The notes: a model not told the origin generated them from the letters alone. A DNA stretch of 63,034 nucleotides, filler included, from Cercozoa sp. M6MM (GCA_040357565.1; 13 parts of 13 records of this genome joined end to end with filler, not necessarily neighbours in it); one strand, 5' to 3'. Counted from the whole stretch's first letter, positions 14,861 to 28,107 are shown. Numbers and translations are program-made.

Positions 14861-15349
14861 CACACACACACAGAATTACACAAGTACTACGCCACCCAGT
14901 GACCACGTGCCCGCTCAGTGACCACGTGACCCAGTGACCATGTGCCCGCTCAGCCAGTCAGCCAGTCAGAGAGAGCGATCAACGGACCCAGTGGCGGCGG
15001 CGGCGTCGAACAACTGAAGAATCGCGCGTCCGCTTTCTCCTCTTCTTCCTGGAGGCAGGGGGTAAGAGGGGTAAAGGGAGGAGAGGGGTAAAGGGGGAGG
15101 GTAAGAAGGGATAAAGAGGGGGGGTAAAACAGCCCCTACCTCGGGATGATCGACACTTCGATTAATCCATTCGGTGCTGCCAAAGTAGGCCACACGCAGC
15201 GACAGACGCAACCAACTGGGGGGGGGGTATGGTAAATGGGGGAGGTAAATGGGGGTAAAAGCGGGTACCCACGACGGCCCTTGAGAGTGTCCAACACGGG
15301 AAACCACCCTGTCCCCAAGAAGATATAGGCAGTCGGTAAGTACAGACAC

Positions 15350-15382
<33 letters not shown>

Positions 15383-16142
15383 GACAGACATAGACCAGAT
15401 CAGGAGTACCTCGGACGACTCGCACATCGCCCTCGTCCTTGTCTTCGTCGGGCTGCTGCGTGGGGGTAATGGGGGTAAGGGGAGAAGGTAAGGGAGGTAA
15501 GGGGGTAAGGGGGAGGTCAGGGGGTAAGCCGCACTTCCTTCTCGTCGTCGTCCTCCTCCATGTCTAGCAGTTCGTCTCTACATGGGGGGTAAGGGGTAAG
15601 GGGTGAGGGTAGGAGGGGGAAGAGGGAAAAGTACGGGCGCGTTCGACGAGCGATCCAGCCCAAATCGAGCAGCACCTAGGCACGGGGGGGGGGTAAAGGA
15701 CAGAGGGGGTAAGGGGGTAAGGGGGTAAAGCACCTCGCCGATGCTGTCGTCGGCACTCACAATGTCGCGGTCCTGCGCACGTGCCAGGTGATCATGATCA
15801 CTCAGTCAAGTCAAGTCAAGTCAAGTGGGTCAAGTCAAGTCAAGTGGGTCAAGTCAAGTCAAGTGGGTCAAGTCAAGTCAAGTGGGTCAAGTCAATGGAG
15901 TCACGTGGCACCATCACGCGCAGTCGCAGAGCCTCATCGGCCAGCACCGTGTCGTCGGCCACCTCGATGTTAAAGAACTGCCGCGTCCACTGCGGCGACA
16001 GCGACTGCCGCGCCACCTCCGTGCGGTCCTCGAACACGTCGCCCAGGGTCACCACGACATAGGCGTCCGTACTGTGCGTCGAGCTGTCCATCACCGGCAG
16101 CTCCGTCGCCGAGATCACTCTCAGCTTAATTACCGCCGGCAT
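14861..16142 (-). CDS. C2CD5: C2 domain-containing protein 5 (KIAA0528-like), 3' truncated
   Basis: MPAVIKLRVISATELPVMD..TDAYVVV..SLSPQW..FFNIEVADD..DRDIVSADDSIGEV..SGWFPVLDTLKGRRG matches the C2CD5 N-terminus. Confidence 0.85.
15805..15895. repeat. (TCAAG)n/TGGGTCAAG pentamer repeat in C2CD5 intron 1
   Basis: Direct reading; reads (TTGAC)n on the sense strand. Confidence 0.95.
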
Positions 16143-16365
16143 TGTGCGCAGGCGTGTGTGTACTTCACTTTTCACGCACTAATACCATTCTCACTGCGAT
16201 TGATGCTTGATGCCCGCGTCTTAGCGGCCCTTTAAGCAAATCTATTTTACTTCTGTTCTTCACGCTAAAATGACTGTAATTGGCGTTTAGTAAGCGCAGT
16301 CGAAACGCAATGACGTGGAAAAACTGTAAAATTGACCTGACAGAAACTAAATTGATCAGTTTTGA

Positions 16366-17569
16366 TTATTTTGGGCGAGCGCGCTTTTTGGTTCGTTTTG
16401 GCGTCGTCGGGGCTGAGCGTGTCATGAACTCCTGCAACACACAAACACGTGCACATGTGCACATATACACACATGTGCACTCCGCAGCTGTGTTTTGCAG
16501 CAATAGACGGACGCACAGAAAAATAAGAGAAAAACGCCGTGCTACCCAGATCGTGATTCCAGAGATCAGGAGCAGCACCAGGCAGGACGGCAGCGTTGTC
16601 TGTGCGCAAAGACATCGATAGGGCAGAATGGAGGCAGAGACAGAGGGAGAGAGAGGGGATACTGAGAGCTGCGACAAGGGAGCGACAAAGAGGTTGACGT
16701 ACTGCACCAGGAAACAGCGCACCAGCAAGAAACTTGTGACGTACACTGCAAGCACACACACACACACACAAGCACCCTTACCGAATTCTAACCATGTGGG
16801 TATTAGAGTGTACCCTGTAGCCACGTTGAGTCCGTAGTCTTCCTCCGTGGCTTTAGCAGGTGCCACTGCTTGTAAGGATTGGTGCTTTCACCCACACTAC
16901 CAAGAGAGATAGCATATGAAGGGGCAGGGGGCTAGGGATGCAAGCTATAATGAGAGTGCTACATGAACCCAAACAAGACAAGAGCGCAATCGCGTCCCCT
17001 GTCGTCCAGTAGCACGGCCAGCAAGGGCGTGGCACAGGCCGCGTGGTGCACCACGTACTGCGCACTGAGACGGGCAACCAGGTACTGTGAACAAGTGTGT
17101 CGAACGGAAGAAACACACGTACAGTCGCAGACGATTTGTTTCCAAGAGCAGACGCACACGCAGCGCTGCATCGATGCAGTAGAAGGCGGCACTCGCGCCG
17201 AACAGAAGACGCCAGGCACCAGTGCTGTCCTACTGACCCACACACACACACAACACGTGCACATACAAGACCTGGCAGCGTGTGGCAAGCGCGCAAGCTA
17301 CAAAGTCGGACGCGGGCTGGGACAAAAAATCGCGAAACGACCACTCGGGCAGTCGCAGCGCACTGCAGCACAGCAGCCAGGTGCCGAACACCTACGTGGA
17401 AACGTTTAAAATGGGAGCATTGAAATGAACTTCCATTGATGACACTCGCATCATCAGCTTGACTACTTGGCCATCGTACCAGCACGAACAACGAGTGCGC
17501 CAACGTCACTGACTCAGTGACAGTGCGCACTCTCTGGCGTTGTCGCTGTCGAGTCGAGGCGCTCATCAT
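16366..17569 (-). CDS. TLC (TRAM/LAG1/CLN8) domain membrane protein
   Basis: VTLAHS; SAAFYCID; YVVHH; GESTNPY; SFLLVR; basic C-terminal tail KKRARPK*. Confidence 0.75.
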
Positions 17570-17829
17570 GTGCACCCAAAGGGACCCTCGGCCTGCGCTC
17601 ATGGGCACATCAATAATTGTCATCCACGGAGCGCTGCCAGCGTTAACCACTCACCTATAGTACTTAATGCCCGTTCAAGTGCCTACAATGCATGCAAAAT
17701 GAGCAAACTACACTTGCCTGTCGCTTCGACGGCGTCTTTATCCTACAGCGCACCCTAAATTGTAGTCTGAAGCACCCCAAAGCCAGAAGCACCATAATCC
17801 TTAGCGTAAACTTGTTCACCCGAGTGCAA

Positions 17830-18575
17830 ATGGATGTTAGGTACAGTTCACATTTGTTCTGCGCTGTTTAATCATTATTCACGTGGTCGAGTGTTGGATC
17901 ATTATTCACGTGTGACAGTCCACGCGGAGGCTCATTGATCAGCGCGATTCGCGCGGAATTGAAAAGGTTAGAGATCGAAAATGTTCGTCTTGCAGCTGCT
18001 AGGACGGCTGCCATCGAGGTAAATTGTTTTCATGTTGAAATAAACAAACGATGCGACATCATGCAGGAGAGTGCACGTGCCAATTCCGAAAATGTCGCTT
18101 TACGCAATGGTGCAGCCAACAGGGGACCTGTTTTTATGTGTCCTGTGTTTATGCGCGTATTTCTCGCTTTAGACAACGCTGCCTTGAGAGCAGAGTTGCA
18201 GACGGTGCGTGAGGTATTCTGACACTGTTCTTGCCTGGCATGATTTTGTAATCCTTGGGGTTGCTAGGACCTCCTGCGGCAGCAGTTTGATGCAAGGCGT
18301 TCCGCCGAGTCGGTTCGGTGAGTTGATGTCTCACTTGGAGAGAACTCTGTGTTTGCGTGTGTCTGCTGGAACGTGCCCACTGACTGTTGCGCACAGGTCA
18401 CGAATTGAGGGTGCATGCGAGGAAAGAGAACGTGCGCTCCGTACACAGGTAGGTTCAGACTGTATCACCGCTGTCTCTGCTTTTGCACGACCATTGCGAG
18501 TGCGTAGGTGGATGAGTTGCAGGTGCTGCTTCAAGCACGCGACGAGGCTCTTTCGGTACAGTAGTCAATGGACCC

Positions 18576-18645
<70 letters not shown>

Positions 18646-18744
18646 GTGCATGTGTATGTGTGTGTGTGTGAATGTATGTGTGTGGGATAGACCCTGGCGA
18701 CTGCGCACTTTGATCTACAAAGAGCGAGCACTGCGTGTCGGCGA
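17830..18744 (+). CDS. Coiled-coil hypothetical protein, 3' truncated
   Basis: A consistent chain of about 7 short exons with heptad-like sequence (IRAELKRLEIENVRL; NAALRAELQTVRE). Confidence 0.6.
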
Positions 18745-18889
18745 NNNNNNNNNNNNNNNNNNNNNNNNNNNNNNNNNNNNNNNNNNNNTTAATTAATTAA
18801 NNNNNNNNNNNNNNNNNNNNNNNNNNNNNNNNNNNNNNNNNNNNGGGGGGGGGGGGGGGGGGGGGGAGGGGGTAAAATACAGAAATTTA

Positions 18890-21800
18890 TTCTCGGCAAC
18901 GCACACAATCTTTACCGATGCGCGCAGCGCCATCGTCGAGCATCAGTGATGGCCGGCGACTCGCATGCTGCCGCACCTTTTCCTGCGACCACAAAAAGAA
19001 ATAAAGTTCAAAGAAATTTTGACACGCGACTGTACTGCCACAACATGCCAATTCTGAGCGTATCTGAGCTGTGTAGGTTTGCATTGCGTTTTCTGCGCTT
19101 TCCAAAACTAAAAACAGTTGCTCTGACCCAAAAGGGAAACAAACTTTTCTTGACGCCCCCTTAATCAGCCGAGATGTATCGTTTTGTCAGTTTTCAGTTC
19201 AGCACAGTCGAGCCAAGTCCGTGTTTGGGGACGCTTCAAGTTTTCTGCCTTCTTCACGAACCTTCGCTATCGCTGTCATCGTCGTCGTCGGACGACTCGA
19301 AAGCTTTAGGCGCAACAGTCTGGGAAAAACAAGAAACAAACTGGGTCAAAAACAAACAGTAGGTAGATTTGACACTGACAGAAGCAAAACTGTACCAACC
19401 GGCGCCTGACGCTCTTTTTGCGTTGAAAACGAGGTCGCAGCGCTTTTGACCTCTGGAGCAGAAAAGAAAGTTAAACAAAAACAAAAATAACGTCCACACT
19501 GAAGCGAAAAAAGGCAAGATCTACCAAAGCGAGGTCCACAACCGAGTGAACACCCACAAGCGGGTCGCTCTCGGTAGCTAGATTGCAACAAACATCCAGA
19601 AAAATTAAAAAAGGCGTACAAAGAAACGCTACCTTCTGCGGTCGGTTGTTGCTGTAGCTGCAGTTTTTTCTGTTGCGGAAACCGAACACTCCGCCTGGGA
19701 GTCGCTGTTGCTGATATCGAGGACGACAACGAACTGGCAGAAGACCCAGAACTACCGTCCTCGTAGGCGTCCAGCATGAGTCGAACATGATCGTCCAGTT
19801 CGACTAAACTGCGCAACTCCGACAGCGACTGCAGCGGCTGCGAAGCAACACGAAAATAACCCAAATTATCTACAAACACGTGTAAAACACGGTACACTCA
19901 TCGTGGCGAGCTCGTTCTTGAGGATCTCGGCCGGATTGATCGCGCGCTTTTTGTCTGGAGCGTCCGCGCGAATACCGACGAATGCCAAAGCTCGTTGCAA
20001 TTCTTCCCTGCAATAGAAAGCGTAATTGGTTAGTTTGTCCTGTCAGAAGCCACTCAGAGCAACACAAAGAGTTGGTACATGTCGCCGTGAGTGACTTCGG
20101 CCGAGAACTGCTCGATCTCGCGAAGCTGCTCATTGTTGCGAACGGCGCCGAAACGAACAATGTCGTTCTGGAAGGTACTGGCGTCCTCCTCGGTGTACAC
20201 AGGCACCTCTATCTGCCACGGGTCCTCGATCTGCCCAGAGACGGGATGAAGGAGGGAACGGGCGGGGGAAGGGAGGGTAGAAATGCCACACCTCGTCGTA
20301 GGAGTCAAAGCCGGAAAAACGATAATCGCCAGTGCCACTGTGACGATGGATTCGCAGCATGTCCTCCTGTCCAAATCGACACACATTCGGACAGTACTTT
20401 AGACGATACATTTGGGTACATTTGGACAGAGCCGAATCAAAGAATGCAAAAGCTTACACTGTTGCCCCTCAAGCAGTTTTCGATAAAGATCGTCGGTTTC
20501 GGCTACAAAGGGAGGGTTAAACCGAGCTGGGGGGGGGGTAAGCACGCACCTGCGACAGCAGAGCGTCGCGAGAAGCGCGCCACGCCGCGAACGACAAATC
20601 GGCCGCGTCGTTCAGTTCGTTCCGATACTCGGTTATCCAATCGTCTACATACACGGGGGGGGGAGGTAGCAGAAAAAGTTAAGGGATAGTAATTCAATCT
20701 ACCATATTTATCTGCGATCCGCTTCGTCCGCGCGGATCCCTGAATCCAGTCCAGTCCTTAGTTATTTAAAGGAGCAAGCACTTTTTAGAGGCATGACAGT
20801 ACGTAGTAATATTTGTCGAAAACCGTCGTGTTTCCCGTGAAACACTCAGCTGGGAGGGGTAAAGAGGGGGGTAAAATGGGGGGGAAGGGGGGGGGGGGGG
20901 TAAGCCTACCACGCAGCCTGGTGTCGGTGCGATCGCCGACCGGCACATGTTCCGCGCGGAGGGCAGCAGCATCGGCAGCGGCCCGGTCGACCTCGGCGGC
21001 ATCGACCACGGTGTCAGCGCCGCGCAGCGACCGGTCGCACTTACGCGCGGACGCACCCATCCGCCGGGACGCGCCTATCCGCCTGGACACGCGGCCCGAG
21101 CATCGGCGCAGCAGCGCGCGTCGAACGAGTTTTCGAAAGTGCCGTCGCTCGGCCTTGTGCAGCATGCGCGGCAGCAGCACGTTGCTCATCTCCGCCTGCA
21201 CCTCCTGCCGGGAGGGGGGGGGGGGGTAAAGGGGTAAGGAGGGTGTAAGAGGATACGGGGCGGTCTAAGCGAGATTACCTCCGGTGTCGCAACATCGCGA
21301 CTCAGTGCCAACTCTAACAGAAACCCGGTAGTTGGAAAAACAACAACAACAAAAAAGAAAAAAAAACAAGAAAAACAACAACACAAAAAAAAACAACAAC
21401 ACATAAAAACAACAAAGAAGATAAACAGCAAAAAAAAAACAAAAAAGAGAAAAGAAACAAGAAAAAACAACAAAAAGAAAAAACAACAAATAAAAAAAAA
21501 CAACAAAAACAATACCATCCAGCGGGTGCGCGCGCAGCGGCAGTCGCAGCGCCTCGGCCGTTCGGCGTCGCGAGCGTGCCACGGCGTCAGTCTCCTCGCA
21601 CAACTTGCACAGTGCCTTGACTGCTTTCTACGGAAGGGGAGGGTAAACACGGGCGTCCGCGGGGGGGGGGGGGGCCCCTACAGTACCTCGACAACCAAGG
21701 CGACATCGTTCTGTCGTCCACGCCGAATCTGCGCAACGAGCACCCATTTTACCTTCCCCCTTCCCCCATTTTAGCCCCCCATACCATCTGAAAGCACGCG

Positions 21801-22350
21801 TCAATTTGCGCACTCAAAATGGCGAGTCGCTCCTCGAAATCGTCTGATCGACGGTTGCGTTTCTCCAACTCATCCTCGTCCTCATCCAGATCGCTGTCGG
21901 ACAGGACCGCCGACTCTGCCTGCTCCGCGCGGACGCGCTTGCCCACAGTCACTACCGTACCGTCCTTCCCGGCGGAAGAAAAGTCGTCCTTCCCGGAAGC
22001 TTGCGCGACCCTGAGGTGATCGCGCGCGATTTTAAGTCGCAGTTTCTTCAATTTTTCACGTCGTTCGATTTTTCGCGCTTCGGACTTTTTTGCAGCATTT
22101 TCTGCATTTTCTTGTCGTTTTTTCCGTTTCTCTTGTTGTTTTTCGAGTTTTTCTTGTTGTTTTCTCGCTTTCTCTTGTTGTTTTTTCGCTTTCGCTTGTT
22201 GTTTTTCCAGTTTCTCTTGCTGTCTTTCCAGTTTTTCTCGTTGTTTTTCTTGTTGTTTTTCCTGTTGTGACTGGTTCGAAAACAGCGGCACTGGCGGCAG
22301 TGCACCGATTTTCTTCTCCTTTTGCGGAAGCCTAGTTGTCCACATTATCA
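18890..22350 (-). CDS. Large hypothetical protein with a K/Q/E-rich coiled coil, many exons, truncated
   Basis: Exons chain in frame (QEKQQEKQREK..; FDKYYY|GSARTKRIADKY|DDWITEYRNEL|PKPTIF|YCPNVC|IEDPWQ); no family recognised. Confidence 0.55.
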
Positions 22351-22357
22351 GTTGCAA

Positions 22358-22406
<49 letters not shown>

Positions 22407-22522
22407 NNNNNNNNNNNNNNNNNNNNNNNNNNNNNNNNNNNNNNNNNNNNTTAATTAATTAANNNNNNNNNNNNNNNNNNNNNNNNNNNNNNNNNNNNNN
22501 NNNNNNCCCCCCCCCCGTGTAG

Positions 22523-22904
22523 GAGTACTGCCTCCTGCAGCAGACACTTGCTGTCGATGATGGCAGCGGCAAGAAGAAGACTGTTTCACAGGTATGTGGA
22601 GTCTTTTCAGTTTCATTTTCAACCGTCTACCTTCCGTGTGATAGCTCGTGTCGGATGGCGCCAAGCAATTCGACGTAACACTGACTTTATGCTATGTCTA
22701 ATGGCATATCTATGTCTCTGTGTTCTCTCAGGTCAAGGACCTCAAGCTGACCGACTTCTGTCTCGTCAATGTCGGCGAGGGCGTCCAGGTACCCAACTTT
22801 ACTGGCCTAGTTGCCAGGGGGTCTGTGTCTCGGTGTATCTGTGTTTGTGTTTGCAGGTCGAGCAGACCGACTTTGCTGCTGAGGTCGCTGCCATGGCTGA
22901 GTAG
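22523..22904 (+). CDS. TSFM: Mitochondrial elongation factor Ts, C-terminal exons
   Basis: EYCLLQQ..KKTVSQL..LTDFCLVNVGEGVQVEQTDFAAEVAAMAE*. Confidence 0.85.
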
Positions 22905-23373
22905 ACCGACGGACGTATCGCACGCGCACACGACACAGAAAATCGCTGAAAAACGAAATAAGGGGCTACAGGTCTGCAGAGCTTTGTTAGAATGCCTTCA
23001 GTACCCATAGACCGAGTAGATGTGTCAGAGTGTGTCCGGGGGGGGGGCTGATACTACGCGAAATCGAACAAGATTCTTTTACGTACGGTACCCTCATTCA
23101 CCTCCCTGCCTAGGTGGTGTTCCTGCTGTGGAGAGGCTTGGCACAAGGAAAGCCCTACTACCTCCCCGATCTCCTTCCGACGTAGTACTAAAGCGGTGGA
23201 CAACAGCAAGCATCACGTTCTCACAGCGTCCCATCCGTCCCCCCTCCCCCCCCGTCGCCGTATGTTCACTTGTTGATCTTTCGGCCCTTTAGTCTTGATA
23301 AAGTCTAATTGAAACAGTCAGTTATTTGTACATTACGGTCAGTTCCCATCGTACGCGGGCGCCGGAAGGGGCA

Positions 23374-24989
23374 TTAAACGTGAGGGACATCTGGCTGGAG
23401 ACCGCCTGCTCGAGTCGACTCGGCGGCTGTCCCCGGAACCTCGCTACCGGCATGCAGTTCGCAGTCGCAGGTATCCTAAAGGAACGTAAAAGTACAGTAC
23501 TGCCAGGCAGGTACTTCAGTGGAGCTAGATAGGCAAGCTCCGGTAGCAAAGAGTCAGGAACCCAGCAGTGCAGCGCGCGCCGCCACTTTCGCACTTGCGC
23601 ATCAAAAGAACGCTTCGAGCACGCTATGCCAGAAGGTGAGAACGGATACAGTCAATTTATTACACCTTCAGATAGTGTACATTGGTCAATTCGAGGAGTG
23701 AGAGGTGGCTCGCTTGGGATGTACCCTCGGTTGCAATGGACTCTAATTCTGTGCACATTTTTACAGTACCCAAGAGGTGTCCTTCAATGTCAGTGAGTTA
23801 CACAGGCAAGGGATTCGACATGTCGACGCAGCCGTCTTTGGGAAAGAAACAACGCATGTTTTGGTGACCTATGATGACACACCGCAAGTAAATGATATGG
23901 AGAAGAAGAGCGAAGCGACCTTCAGTTTTGTGACCTATCTCTATCTGTCGGCGTCTCTGCTCGAGGCGTCGTTCGTCTCGCTCGACCGCTCGGCCAGCAG
24001 GGACACTGAAATACAAACAATAGGTATAAGCGTTGTGAACAGCCTGAGTTGGGTCACTCTTGGTAAGGTCGGAACCGGTGGCTCTGTCTCGGGTTCGATT
24101 CTGCAGGGGCTGGGGAAGCCTCTTCGCGAGCATGAGTTTCCCTCTTCAAATGGTTAGCTGGGTTAATGTGATGGACGAGCGGAGGTCGTTCCAAGCGCAA
24201 AGAAGCGCCAGCAGCCGCTGACCGAGGTGCGAACGGCGGCACAGGCGTCAGCATAGGCGCACTTAGAGTTGGGCATGAAATCGGTGTGAACTGAGCGGAT
24301 GATTGGCGCAGGTTAGGCGGCACGGACACGTACATCTCGGAGTCAGGTACACGATGCACTTTTGGCGGTGAAATCGGTGCGGGCCTGGCCAACAACGGTC
24401 TCATTTCCGGGAAAGGGGGCGTGATTTCTGTCAAACAAGGGATACGTATTTATCGGTCTACAGTACAACAGTTCATTTGCACACAGCGACTGTGTCCCAT
24501 GATAAAACAGAACGTACGGCCCGACCAGGCATCGTCATCGGCCCAACTTAAAAGTTCCGGCTCCAAGTTGATGTCGACGTCGGCATCGACCACGGTACTG
24601 GGCACTGACGTATCACGCATCTATTCAGCAGGGGAGCAGGCCGATAAGGGACTTCATTTAAAGGCACAGTTTAGATTACCGAGCAGACAGGTGGCGCCGA
24701 ACCTGATCGTTCTGTAAGGTCTGCCTCCAACTCTGGCTTGTAGTTCATGTTTAGCAGTTCCTGTATCGTTTGCATGTCGATCTCGGTTTGTGCCGAAGCA
24801 TCTGTAACTTCCTCTGTGTTCAAGGTACAGTATCCTGCATCATAATCTCCGAAAGTAGGAAGAACAAAAGAACCGAGTCCTACCTGACTTGTTGAGCTGT
24901 GCATTGGCACCTGAAACCGAAGTCGACTGTAAAATGTATAGCACAACCGCGGTCGACAGCAGCGCTGGTATCAATGGCATGCCCATCAT
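23374..24989 (-). CDS. SLBP: Histone stem-loop binding protein (SLBP) paralog A
   Basis: RNA-binding domain ERDERRLEQRRRQIEIGHKTEG..PPLTPRIDQSCSKRSFDAQVRKWRRALHCWD; start codon uncertain. Confidence 0.85.
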
Positions 24990-25118
24990 TCTGAGAATGT
25001 CACTGACGGTCGTTGTTTTTACTCGCCCTAATCCGCGACGCGCGCAGAAGATGCGATGTGCGCTCTCCGGCGCTCGGACTTTTCTCGCAACAGTTGTTCA
25101 ATCCGTTTGGTGGCCGCC

Positions 25119-25187
25119 TGTGCTGTGCTGTGCTGTGCTGTGCTGTGCTGTGCTGTGCTGTGCTGTGCTGTGCTGTGCTGTGCTGTG

Positions 25188-25235
<48 letters not shown>

Positions 25236-25245
25236 NNNNNNNNNN

Positions 25246-25290
<45 letters not shown>
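25119..25290. repeat. (TGTGC)n followed by (TG)n
   Basis: Direct reading; contains an N10 gap. Confidence 0.97.
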
Positions 25291-25293
<3 letters not shown>

Positions 25294-25503
25294 CAGTCTC
25301 CCGGTCCTACAAGCAAGTAAATATAATTATATGGTTTATCCACAGTTTTCGTTGCCCAATCGTATGCGATACAGACAACACGGGAAGACGGAGTGCACGA
25401 CGGCCATAAATATATAGCAAATTATTGGGAGAATTTAAAGCCTTCGAGCGAGAATTTGCAAGTTCAAGTCGAAGTCGAGAGGTCCTAGTTTTAGTCGCGT
25501 CCT

Positions 25504-25849
25504 TCAAGTCCGAAAATCTGTTAATGAAGTTCTTTGCGATGAGGCGTGCTTCTCACAGTCGCACGAGTCCTTCTCAAACATTGGAGATGCCGGATGGATA
25601 CAGTATCGATACTGTACGTAGAACTACGAGTACCCAGCAGTGCAGAGCGCGTCGCCACTTCCGTATTTGCCCGTCAAAAGAACGCTTGGAGCAAGCTAAT
25701 TACCAAACAGCACTCCAGTCTCTCCGCTGTGATCTCCCTGGTATTGGGTGTGTTTTACAGTGAATTAATTGAGAACTGTACCTTTGTCAACTCGGGGAGT
25801 GAGAGGTGGCTTGCTTGGAGCGTGCGTTTCGATGCAACCGACCTTCAGT
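25504..25849 (-). CDS. SLBP: SLBP paralog B, last three exons (5' part lost at the spacer)
   Basis: PSKPPLTPRVDKACSKRSFDGQIRKWRRALHCWDSCDCEKH..RT*; same intron positions and phases as paralog A. Confidence 0.85.
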
Positions 25850-25860
25850 CTAATTTACTT

Positions 25861-25943
<83 letters not shown>

Positions 25944-26056
25944 GCACACACACACANNNNNNNNNNNNNNNNNNNNNNNNNNNNNNNNNNNNNNNNNNNN
26001 TTAATTAATTAANNNNNNNNNNNNNNNNNNNNNNNNNNNNNNNNNNNNNNNNNNNN

Positions 26057-28107
26057 TGATCGATCACTCAACGATCACTCAACAATCACTTAGCGATCAC
26101 TCAGCGATCACACTGATCGATCACTGTGTGGAAAAGGTACCGCGTCCAGCGTGACCTTGTTGGCGATGCGGTCGCTCACGATGCTGCGCATCTCGCGCAG
26201 GTAGTCGTCCACCATCTGCATATCGGGGGAATAAGGATAAAGGGGGAAGGGCGTGGAATAGAGGGGAGGGGGAAGGGAGACAAAGGGGGCAAACAACAAG
26301 CCTACATCGTCGGTGATGTTTTCGGACGACACGAATTCGAACAGCTCAAACACCGTCATCGGTACGACACCTACACACGGGGTAGGTAGAGGAGGGTGAT
26401 GGGGGGAGGGGGGTAAAGACAGTACCCTTGCGCTGGAAGAAGTGAGTCACGTTGACGCAGTCCATCACGAGGAATTCCTGCAGATTGATGCGTGATAAGC
26501 CCTCTGTCCCATTCTTACCCCCCTCCAGATAAGGTACCCTTGCACGCGGGTGTTCGTGATCGACGCTCTGCGAGACATCGATAAAGACGACTTGTTTCTC
26601 GTGGTACAGCATGTTGTACTCGCTCAGGTCCTACACAGGTGACACTCAGGCAGCCACATCCGCGCGGAAGACAGAACTACGCCGTGCACGAGTCGACAGT
26701 GTCGGAACAGCGTGCGCATGCACCGAATCGTCTGCACGTAGGCGTCTCGCCATCTAACAAACAGGGCAGGTCGCAGGAGCAGGTGGGAGGGGGGTAAAGA
26801 AGCACCTGCTCTCACTCATATCGGCATCAGCTAGACGAGGCGCCGCCTGCGTGCCATCGCCCACAAAGTCCATCACCAGCACGTGCTTACGCAGCACAAA
26901 ACTGCACTCACAGGGAGGGGGTGGTAACAAGAGGGTATCAAAAGACAGGGTAACAGGAGGGTAAGAGGGAGAAGGGGTAAGGGAAGTGGTAAGGAGGGTA
27001 AAGAATGCAACATACGCAGTCGGAGCAGGCACGCCATTTCGCTCGAGTCGCTTCAGATTGCGCATTTCCTTCTCGGCCCATTTCTCGACCTGGGTGGGGG
27101 AGATAAAACGGGGGGGGGGTAAAAAAGGTAAGACGAGGTGTGTCTCTGAGTGTCTACCATCTTGCGCGCATTGCTCTTGCAGTAGCCACCACGGAAGCGC
27201 CAGTCACCGCCGACGTAGCTGTGTGAACAGAGTGCGTACGGATCGGCCCAGTACACAGGCACAGACAGAGTGAAACGGACCGATCACGGTCGCGGAAGGA
27301 AAGCACCGAAGTCTTGTAGATCTTGACAGCCACGTGCTGACCTTGCGAACCCTTGCCATGGTACACATTGGCCTGCAAGAACAGACACGCACAGTTCCAT
27401 ACATACAGTACGAATGTAAGAGACCACACTACCTCCTTGCCCGTACTGATGCAAGAGTCCAGCGACTGCAGAACGCCTGGGCACAGACAAGTTATAAATA
27501 TATGTATAAATCTATAGATATTATGTCTAAATATATTATATCTACTATCTAGAATATAATAACCACAGAATAAAATCTGTATTATATTTGTATATACCAG
27601 TGTTGAGCAACTTAGACAGCAGCGTCTTGGTGCAGCCATCCAGCACCTTTAAATACATCACTGTTGTAAATTTAAAGCACATCAAACCGATCAATGTGTA
27701 CCATGTCGGTTGTAGCTCGCTCGGCATGTTTGTCCTACAACAGTGCGCTGCAAGTGGTAGCCGCAACAAGTATAAAAGCAATCGGTACGCGCTTCAGACG
27801 TCGACGGCGCTGCTGTTGACGCTCTAAAGACATGCTCAATGCAAAAAAACTTCAGCAAGCGGTATAGAGCGGGACACACCATTAATATCGATGTGGCGCT
27901 GGACGGACTTTGGCACGGAGAGCACACCGTGAATGTCTTGGGGTGCGCCCAGTTTCAACATCAGGTTTTTCGCGACTTTGGTCAAATTGGTGCTACGTAG
28001 GCGCTCTGTTACCCGATCGGGGCGCACTCGCACCTGAAATCGACTGCGTTTGAAGTATTCGACTCAATCACAGTGTTTTTCGGTGCTGGCTCTTTTTGTG
28101 AGCCCAT
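26057..28107 (-). CDS. RIOK1: Serine/threonine kinase RIO1, 3' truncated
   Basis: RATTDMVLD; CISTGKEANVYH; [16 protein letters not shown]; [21 protein letters not shown]; [12 protein letters not shown]; HVLVMDF; CRLVH; [10 protein letters not shown]; [12 protein letters not shown]; [13 protein letters not shown]. Confidence 0.95.

Noticed and set aside
15805-15895. Periodic repeats here and at 31005-32490 as CRISPR arrays
   Set aside because: No unique spacers; these are intronic micro/minisatellites in a eukaryote.
20700-20860. Apparent need for TGA readthrough (alternative genetic code) in the hypothetical gene
   Set aside because: Resolved by a downstream CAG acceptor (exon GSARTKRIADKY). 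All conserved genes translate with the standard code and end in TAA, TAG or TGA.
24085-24110. GGTTCGATTC T-loop-like motif (tRNA)
   Set aside because: No T stem or cloverleaf; it lies within an SLBP coding exon.
23374-25849. A single SLBP gene with two RNA-binding domains
   Set aside because: The upstream copy has its own stop at 25504-25506.
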